The notes under the pieces: generated by a model
What the model saw: only the letters and a program-made list of their open reading frames with translations
What the model was told of the DNA's origin: nothing
Databases searched by the model: none
In this document: positions 5,623 to 10,645 of the stretch, piece after piece
How the letters are laid out: every line of letters starts with the position of its first letter
How positions within the stretch are numbered: the stretch's first letter is position 1
Assembly (NCBI GenBank): GCA_046758965.1
Contig: JBHIBG010000091.1
Span: forward strand, 1-10,645
Source: Candidatus Methylomirabilia bacterium
GTDB taxonomy: Bacteria; Methylomirabilota; Methylomirabilia; Rokubacteriales; CSP1-6
Direction: 5' to 3'
DNA: 10,645 nucleotides
Program-made: the position numbers and the translations under genes

Positions 5623-6879
5623 TCAGAAGAGGGCCATCTGGGAGGCGGGGGCGAGAGGGACGGCCTCGGGGGGCTCGCCGAAGAGGCTGATCTTGCCGTA
5701 GACGCCATCGTAGCCCGGGGTGATGGAAAGCTGCCCGGCGCGCATGCGACGGATCCCCTCGAGGATCCGGGGCGGGGTGAACCGCGCCAGCTCTTCGGCG
5801 GGCAAATCAATGAGGATTCTCAGCTCGGTCCCTCCGGCGACGATGAGCCGCTTCCACTCGTTCTCCACTGCGGTTGTCTCCACCCCGAGGCCCAATGCTT
5901 CGGCGATGATCTCGGCCAGCGGCACGAGGTTCCTCCCCGGGACAGCGCACGACGGGATGAACCCTTCCGGTCGATCCGCCAACGCCTCAACCCGGTGCAG
6001 CACCCCCACCGTGACGGGCTTCCCGCAGACCGTGCACATCCTCCCGTGACGCCGTGTCTCCTCGGGGGCCCACGAAATCCCGCACGCCCGGTGGCCGTCC
6101 CAGTGGTATTTCCCCTCGTAGGGAAAGAACTCGATCGTGTAGAGGAAGCGAGATGGATCCTTCGATCTGATCGCGTCAAGGACCCCTCGGTAAGAAAGCT
6201 CAGCGTCCAAGACGTTGGCCTCGCGGCCGAGCCGCGAGGGCGAGTGGGCGTCCGAGTTGGAGATGAGGGCGACCCGGTCCAGGGCTGACCAGCGCCAGTT
6301 CATCGGAGGATCGGAGGAGAGCCCGGTCTCGATGGCGAAGATCTCGCTGGCCGCCTCTCCGTAGCACTCCTCCAGCCAATCGAACCCCGACTTGGCCCCG
6401 AAGACCGAGTACCACGGCGTCCAGGCGTGCGCGGGCACGAGTGCGCATTCGGCAGAGATCCCGAGAACCATCAGGGCCAGATCACGCGCTGAGCAGCCGA
6501 ACATCGGACGGCCATCAGAGGCGAGCCGGCCGTGGCGGGCCAGGACCCGGTTGATACGGGCCGCCACCTCGAAGGACGGGGCGAAGATCAGGGTGTGGAT
6601 CCGGCGCTGGCGACCGCCCCAGACGTACACGTTGGAGACCTCCACGGCAAGCATGAAGCTGACATCGCCGGGACCCCGTTTGAGGTGGAGGAGCCCGTTC
6701 CCATCCGGGGTGAGCTTGGCCTGGAGCTCGGCGAAGTAGGTAGGATGGGTGAAATCGCCGGTGCCCAAGAGCGTGATGCCCTTCCACTGTGCCCAACGCG
6801 CCAGGGTCTCGACCTCCATGTCGCGGCTGGTGGCACGGCTGTATCGGGAGTGGATGTGAAGGTCCGCGACAATTCGCAT
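5623..6879 (-). CDS. Endonuclease Q family protein (PHP domain + zinc-binding domain), 418 aa
   Basis: ADLHIHSRYSRATS, KGITLLGTGDFTHP, PAHAWTPW, IETGLSSDP, SNSDAHS, LGREAN, GKYHWDGHRAC...CTVCG..GVLHRV..LAD, GYDGVYG. No fused UvrD helicase. Confidence 0.88.
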   Translation of the reverse strand: MRIVADLHIHSRYSRATSRDMEVETLARWAQWKGITLLGTGDFTHPTYFAELQAKLTPDGNGLLHLKRGPGDVSFMLAVEVSNVYVWGGRQRRIHTLIFAPSFEVAARINRVLARHGRLASDGRPMFGCSARDLALMVLGISAECALVPAHAWTPWYSVFGAKSGFDWLEECYGEAASEIFAIETGLSSDPPMNWRWSALDRVALISNSDAHSPSRLGREANVLDAELSYRGVLDAIRSKDPSRFLYTIEFFPYEGKYHWDGHRACGISWAPEETRRHGRMCTVCGKPVTVGVLHRVEALADRPEGFIPSCAVPGRNLVPLAEIIAEALGLGVETTAVENEWKRLIVAGGTELRILIDLPAEELARFTPPRILEGIRRMRAGQLSITPGYDGVYGKISLFGEPPEAVPLAPASQMALF

Positions 6880-6884
6880 ACCCC

Positions 6885-6913
6885 CACTTAGCACGACATG
6901 TAGGAGGTGTCAA
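6885..6913 (-). promoter_or_regulatory. Putative internal promoter for the EndoQ-methyltransferase pair
   Basis: Minus strand TTGACA (6913-6908), 17 nt spacer ending TGC, TAAGTG (6890-6885; last base off-consensus), 5 nt before ATG 6879. Confidence 0.55.
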
Positions 6914-6937
6914 GGCCGAATACCCTATATGCAGGGC

Positions 6938-7714
6938 TCAGAGCGGATAAGGGCGGAGCTCCTCCGCGATCTCGATCTCGCCCCCGAACTCCCTCCGGGC
7001 CTCCCCGACCAGCGCCTCGACCTCGCCGTGGTACTCCGCCTCGATGTGGGTGAGGATCAGTCGCTCTACCCCGGCCGCGGCCGCGACCTGGCCGGCCTCT
7101 GCCGCGGTCGAATGAGCGCCGTACCTGCCGCGATCCCCGGCGCGGAACGTGGCTTCGTGGATCAGGGTGTGAGCACCGGCGGCGAGGCGGCTCACCGCTT
7201 CGCACGGCTCGGTGTCCGACGAATAGACCACCGCGGACCGCCGTCCGGGCAGCTCTACGGAGATCGCCAGGTTGGGCATGCTGCCGTGGGCGTTGGGGGA
7301 GGCGCGCACCACGAACGACCGACCGCTCACCACCTCGACGCCTTCTCTGGCGGGCACCCCGGTGATCTGAAGCGGGAAAGCTTCGGGTCGCTCCCAGAGG
7401 CGGAAGATCCGGAGGAGGTCGGTGAGGGGCTCGACGTGCTCGGCCCGGCAGAGGAGCGACAGCGGCGCGCTCCGCCCCGCGAGGATCAGGCTCTGAATGA
7501 GCGCCGGCAGCCCGTAGGCATGGTCCGGGTGCAGGTGGGTGATAAGCACGTGGGTCAGGGAGAGCGGATCGACCGAGGCCGCGAGGAGCTTCTGGATCGG
7601 GCTTCCCCCGCACTCCACGAGGATGACCTCCTCCTCCCCGACGAAGACCAGCGAGGTGGTGTCACGCGACAGCGACGGAATCGCCGCGGAGGTGCCCAGG
7701 AAGGCGAAGAACAT
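6938..7714 (-). CDS. MBL-fold metallo-hydrolase, RNase Z/ElaC-like (no flexible arm), 258 aa
   Basis: FLGTSAAIPSLSRDTTS, THLHPDHAYG (HxHxDH), AHG, YSSDT, HEATF, HST, LILTHI. Confidence 0.85.
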   Translation of the reverse strand: MFFAFLGTSAAIPSLSRDTTSLVFVGEEEVILVECGGSPIQKLLAASVDPLSLTHVLITHLHPDHAYGLPALIQSLILAGRSAPLSLLCRAEHVEPLTDLLRIFRLWERPEAFPLQITGVPAREGVEVVSGRSFVVRASPNAHGSMPNLAISVELPGRRSAVVYSSDTEPCEAVSRLAAGAHTLIHEATFRAGDRGRYGAHSTAAEAGQVAAAAGVERLILTHIEAEYHGEVEALVGEARREFGGEIEIAEELRPYPL

Positions 7715-7715
7715 C

Positions 7716-8501
7716 TCACCCGGATCGGGAGCGCTTGAGCAGGAGCGGCACCCCGACCAGAGCCAGCACGATGCCGAGTCCGCTCACGAGCTGAGCCACG
7801 CGGATAGTGGGGCCCAGCATGAGGCTGTCGGTCCTGAGCCCCTCGACGAGGAGCCGTCCGACGGAGTAACAGCCGAGGTAGGTGAGGAAAAGGCTCCCCC
7901 GTGCGCGCGCGAGCCGGTCGCGGAAGACGAGCACGAGAAGGCCGAAGACGATGAAGTCCCACACCGACTCATACAGGAAGGTCGGATGGAAGAACTCCTG
8001 TTCTGCGTACTCAAGCGGTCGATGGCCCGGTGAGATGTAGAGCTTCCACGGGAGCGAGGTCGGGGTGCCGAAGGCCTCCTCGTTGAAGAAGTTCCCCCAC
8101 CGCCCGATCCCCTGGCCCAGGGCCAGGCTGGGGGACACGAGATCCAAGTAGAGCGCTGTCGGCAGACGCTTCCGCCAGGCGTACGCACCGCCCGCCAGGA
8201 GCCCCCCCAGGATCCCACCGTGGATGGCCAGCCCGCCTTCCCAGACCGCAAGGATCTTCAGCGGAAAGTAGCCATAGTACTCCCAGTTGAAGGCCACGTA
8301 ATAGAGGCGCGCCCCGATCAGGCCGCCAACGAGAGCCAGCTCCGCGGTTCTGAGTAGTGCTTCCGGGTCGGTCCCTCGCCGTTTGGCCTCACGGTAGGCC
8401 AGCCAGAGCCCGAGCGCCATGGCGCCTGCCATCAAGATGCCGTACCACCGGATGGTGAGAGGCCCGAGAGAGATCGCGATGGGGCTGGGGGAACGAAACA
8501 T
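7716..8501 (-). CDS. lgt: Prolipoprotein diacylglyceryl transferase
   Basis: IRWYG, GARLYYV, WEGGLAIHGG, GQGIGRWGNFFNEEAFG (Lgt signature), HPTFLYE, RLLVEGLRTD; multiple TM segments. Confidence 0.96.
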   Translation of the reverse strand: MFRSPSPIAISLGPLTIRWYGILMAGAMALGLWLAYREAKRRGTDPEALLRTAELALVGGLIGARLYYVAFNWEYYGYFPLKILAVWEGGLAIHGGILGGLLAGGAYAWRKRLPTALYLDLVSPSLALGQGIGRWGNFFNEEAFGTPTSLPWKLYISPGHRPLEYAEQEFFHPTFLYESVWDFIVFGLLVLVFRDRLARARGSLFLTYLGCYSVGRLLVEGLRTDSLMLGPTIRVAQLVSGLGIVLALVGVPLLLKRSRSG

Positions 8502-8554
8502 CAACGGGCGGTCCGTCGGGTGGAACGTTCCAGTTCGACCGTCAGCACACGACC

Positions 8555-8584
8555 CTTATACGATCCGGACCCCCGGGCTGTCAA
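8555..8584 (-). promoter_or_regulatory. Putative sigma70 promoter for the lgt operon
   Basis: Minus strand TTGACA (8584-8579), 18 nt spacer, TATAAG (8560-8555). Confidence 0.55.
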
Positions 8585-8639
8585 CGAAAAGCGCTACTCC
8601 CGCGCCATTTCGTTCGATGCTCTCTCGTGGCTTCTTTGT

Positions 8640-8669
8640 TTGACACCTCTCTCGCGCCTTCGGTATAGT
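8640..8669 (+). promoter_or_regulatory. Putative sigma70 promoter for the tolQ operon
   Basis: TTGACA (8640-8645), 18 nt spacer, TATAGT (8664-8669); T-rich upstream segment; SD GAGGAG at 8693-8698. Confidence 0.7.
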
Positions 8670-8704
8670 GAGTTTGAGCCTCTGGACAGCAAGAGGAGCC
8701 CCTC

Positions 8705-9448
8705 GTGCTTGCAAACGAACCCTTCACAGGCGGTGTCATGGACCTGGTGTTCCACGCCGGGCCCGTCGCCAAGTTCGTCCTGCTCGTGCTCGGGCTCTTC
8801 TCGGTGGTCTGCTGGGCCCTCATCGTCGAGAAATGGTGGCAGCTCCGGCAGGTCAAGAAGGACACGCTCCGGTTTCTCAAGACTTACCGCGAAGCGCGCC
8901 GCGTCTCGACGATCTACGAGACAGCCAGGAAGTCCCGTGAAAGCCCGCTGGCCCAGATGTACGTCGCGGCCTACCAGGAAGTTGCGGGCGCACCCCCCGT
9001 CGCCGAGATGGTAGATCGGCTGTTCGACGATCCGGACGAGGGGCTCGCCGCCGAGCGCCTCGAGGCGGCGAACCGCACGATGCGCCGGGTGGCCAGCGGA
9101 GAGACGGCCCGGATGGAGCGATACCTCCCATTCCTGGCCACCACGGCCAGCGCAGCTCCCTTCATCGGTCTCTTCGGCACCGTATGGGGAATCATGAACT
9201 CATTCCGAGGGATTGGCGCGCAGGGATCCGCCAGCCTTGCGGTGGTGGCCCCGGGAATCTCCGAGGCGCTCATCGCCACCGCAGCGGGCCTCGGGGCAGC
9301 CATCCCGGCCGTGATCGCGTACAACTTCTTCGTGAACCGGGTGAAGCACTGGGCTGGCGAGATGGAGAGCTTCAGCCTCGATCTCCAGAACCTCTTCGTC
9401 CGGAGGCCCAGCGCCAGGACCTCCAAACCCGCCAAAGATGGCTTTTAA
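8705..9448 (+). CDS. tolQ: TolQ (MotA/TolQ/ExbB proton channel family), 247 aa
   Basis: GTG 6 nt after GAGGAG. TM1 VLLVLGLFSVVCWALI; FLATTASAAPFIGLFGTVWGIMNSF; VAPGISEALIATAAGLGAAIPAVIAYN. ExbB is not fully excluded. Confidence 0.9.
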   Translation: MLANEPFTGGVMDLVFHAGPVAKFVLLVLGLFSVVCWALIVEKWWQLRQVKKDTLRFLKTYREARRVSTIYETARKSRESPLAQMYVAAYQEVAGAPPVAEMVDRLFDDPDEGLAAERLEAANRTMRRVASGETARMERYLPFLATTASAAPFIGLFGTVWGIMNSFRGIGAQGSASLAVVAPGISEALIATAAGLGAAIPAVIAYNFFVNRVKHWAGEMESFSLDLQNLFVRRPSARTSKPAKDGF

Positions 9449-9875
9449 GCTCGATCAACCCGAAGGCGGGGCTTCCAGGCGCATCGGCACCTCGCTCGCC
9501 GAGATCAACGTCATCCCCCTCGTGGATGTGGTGCTCGTCCTCCTCCTGATCTTCATGCTCACCGCCCCGATGATGTACCGGGGAATCGACGTTAACCTCC
9601 CGAAGACCAGCTCGAGGCCGACGGCGGTGGAGGAACGGATGGTCCTCACGCTTACCAAGGAGCGGGTCGTCTATCTGAACGACAAGCCGGTGCCGCTTGC
9701 GGGGCTCGATCGCAAGCTCAGGGGCATCTTCAAGAACCGGAGTGACAAGACCCTCTACCTCAGGGCAGACCGGTCCCTCCCCTACGGCTTCGTCGTCGCC
9801 ACCATGGATCGGGCGCGGCGGGCCGGGATCGAGAAGTTGGGGATGGTCACCGAGCCATCCCTCCGGAGGCGTTGA
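9438..9875 (+). CDS. tolR: TolR/ExbD biopolymer transport protein, 145 aa
   Basis: EINVIPLVDVVLVLLLIFMLTAPM with the conserved TM Asp, VNLP, LRADRSLPYG, AGIEKLGMVT; overlaps the tolQ end by 11 nt. Confidence 0.9.
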   Translation: MAFKLDQPEGGASRRIGTSLAEINVIPLVDVVLVLLLIFMLTAPMMYRGIDVNLPKTSSRPTAVEERMVLTLTKERVVYLNDKPVPLAGLDRKLRGIFKNRSDKTLYLRADRSLPYGFVVATMDRARRAGIEKLGMVTEPSLRRR

Positions 9876-9904
9876 GAATCTCATCGGCGGTTTGGGGATC
9901 TTAG

Positions 9905-10645
9905 ATGACCCGCGTGGCGCGCCGATCCAGCCCGGCGCTTCGCAGAGAGCCTTCTCCCGCCTTCAGCGTTATGCTGTCGACGCTCGCCCATGCGGTGGCC
10001 CTCGCTGGCCTGTGGGGACTCTCCGCGATGTCGGGTGGGCCCCCAAAGGTCTACGTAGTGAACTTGGTCCCTTCGATCTCCGCCGGGGGGAGTTCCCGCA
10101 CTCTCTCTTCGCCGGCACGAAGGCGAGAGCCGGCACCAGCGCTCACACAGCCTGAGGGCCTACCGCCCCAGCGTCGTGCCCTGCCTGACCGCACGCCAGA
10201 GCGGCGGGCGACTACGCCGCGGCCCGACGAGACGCCGGAGCCGTCACTGCCCGCGGAGGCAGCGGAGCTTGTTCCAGCACCGAAGGAGGTTCCACCGCCG
10301 ATCGCGAAGCCGGCGCCGAAGCTCCCGCCGCCGATCGCCAAGCTGGTGCCGAAGGAGCCCCCATCGGTGATCGCAGAGCCGGCGCCGAAGGAGGTTCCAC
10401 CGCCGATCGCGAAGCCGGCGCCGAAGGAACTCCGCGCGGCGCCGAAGCTACCCAGCCTCAGGCGCTCCGAGCCCCCGCTGCCGAGCCGGTCGATCGCCAA
10501 AGTCGCGCCGGGCGTGAAGGAGCCGCCACCGCTCCCGCAGGAAGCGAAGCGGGCGCCGAAGCTGCCCAGCCTCAGGCGCTCCGAGCCCCGGCTGCCGAGC
10601 CGGTCGATCGCCAAAGTCGCGCCGGGCGTGAAGGAGCCGCCACCG
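9905..10645 (+). CDS. TolA/TonB-family energy transducer, N-terminal part (runs off window; not in ORF track)
   Basis: Own translation from ATG 9905 gives 247 codons with no stop: MTRVARRSSPALRREPSPAFSVMLSTLAHAVALAGLWGLS... The TM anchor has an exact S-x3-H-x6-L-x3-S (SHLS) motif, followed by a Pro/Lys/Glu-rich linker; directly follows tolQR. Confidence 0.88.
   Translation, partial: MTRVARRSSPALRREPSPAFSVMLSTLAHAVALAGLWGLSAMSGGPPKVYVVNLVPSISAGGSSRTLSSPARRREPAPALTQPEGLPPQRRALPDRTPERRATTPRPDETPEPSLPAEAAELVPAPKEVPPPIAKPAPKLPPPIAKLVPKEPPSVIAEPAPKEVPPPIAKPAPKELRAAPKLPSLRRSEPPLPSRSIAKVAPGVKEPPPLPQEAKRAPKLPSLRRSEPRLPSRSIAKVAPGVKEPPP
10277..10429 (+). repeat. Intragenic tandem repeat, ~4 units of 33-36 nt (APKEVPPPIAKP-like)
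   Basis: Units APKEVPPPIAKP / APKLPPPIAKL / VPKEPPSVIAEP / APKEVPPPIAKP; 10280-10321 and 10385-10426 are identical over 42 nt. Confidence 0.85.
10438..10645 (+). repeat. Intragenic 114-nt (38 aa) tandem duplication, second copy cut by window edge
   Basis: 10438-10531 matches 10552-10645 at 92 of 94 nt (cta/ctg, ccg/cgg). Confidence 0.9.

Noticed and set aside
5619..5810. Upstream extension of the methyltransferase ORF, or a frameshift fusion with EndoQ
   Set aside because: Low-complexity Ser/Pro/Arg shadow of the EndoQ frame; no slippery site seen; EndoQ has a sensible C-terminus of its own.
4938..6879. Classical type II restriction-modification system
   Set aside because: The nuclease is a PHP-fold EndoQ-type repair protein, not a PD-(D/E)xK, HNH or GIY-YIG restriction enzyme; no controller or specificity gene is present.
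6901..7738. Perfect SD-like TAGGAGGT at 6901 and the 269-aa plus-strand ORF 6929..7738
   Set aside because: The SD is ~20 nt from the ATG and is the complement of the EndoQ promoter spacer; the ORF is antisense to the well-supported MBL hydrolase.
10051..10614. Minus-strand 187-aa Gly-rich repeat ORF
   Set aside because: Antisense mirror of the Pro-rich TolA/TonB-like frame, which has the SHLS motif and operon context.
10277..10645. Repeats as a possible CRISPR array
   Set aside because: Periods are multiples of 3, in frame within a CDS, with no unique spacers and no cas genes.

Overview
GC-rich bacterial chromosomal window from a diderm organism (Tol/Ton genes, lipoprotein, lgt); the taxon cannot be fixed from sequence alone. 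Gene order: secreted cyclase-family hydrolase (+), structured intergenic region with a REP-like palindrome and terminator, KdgF-like cupin (-), SmpA/OmlA-like lipoprotein (+), CgeB-like glycosyltransferase (+), divergent threonine-synthase-like PLP enzyme (+). A minus-strand run follows: lgt -> arm-less RNase Z-like MBL hydrolase -> endonuclease Q (PHP) family protein -> compact beta-class SPPY DNA methyltransferase. Divergent from it are tolQ, tolR and a TolA/TonB-like gene (missing from the ORF track) with internal tandem repeats that runs off the window. No rRNA, tRNA, CRISPR array or transposase seen. The best candidate for an undescribed system is the EndoQ (C-terminal clamp-binding-like QMALF) plus miniature N4-C-type methyltransferase two-gene unit with its own promoter. 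Several near-consensus sigma70 promoters are visible, three implying leaderless or near-leaderless mRNAs.
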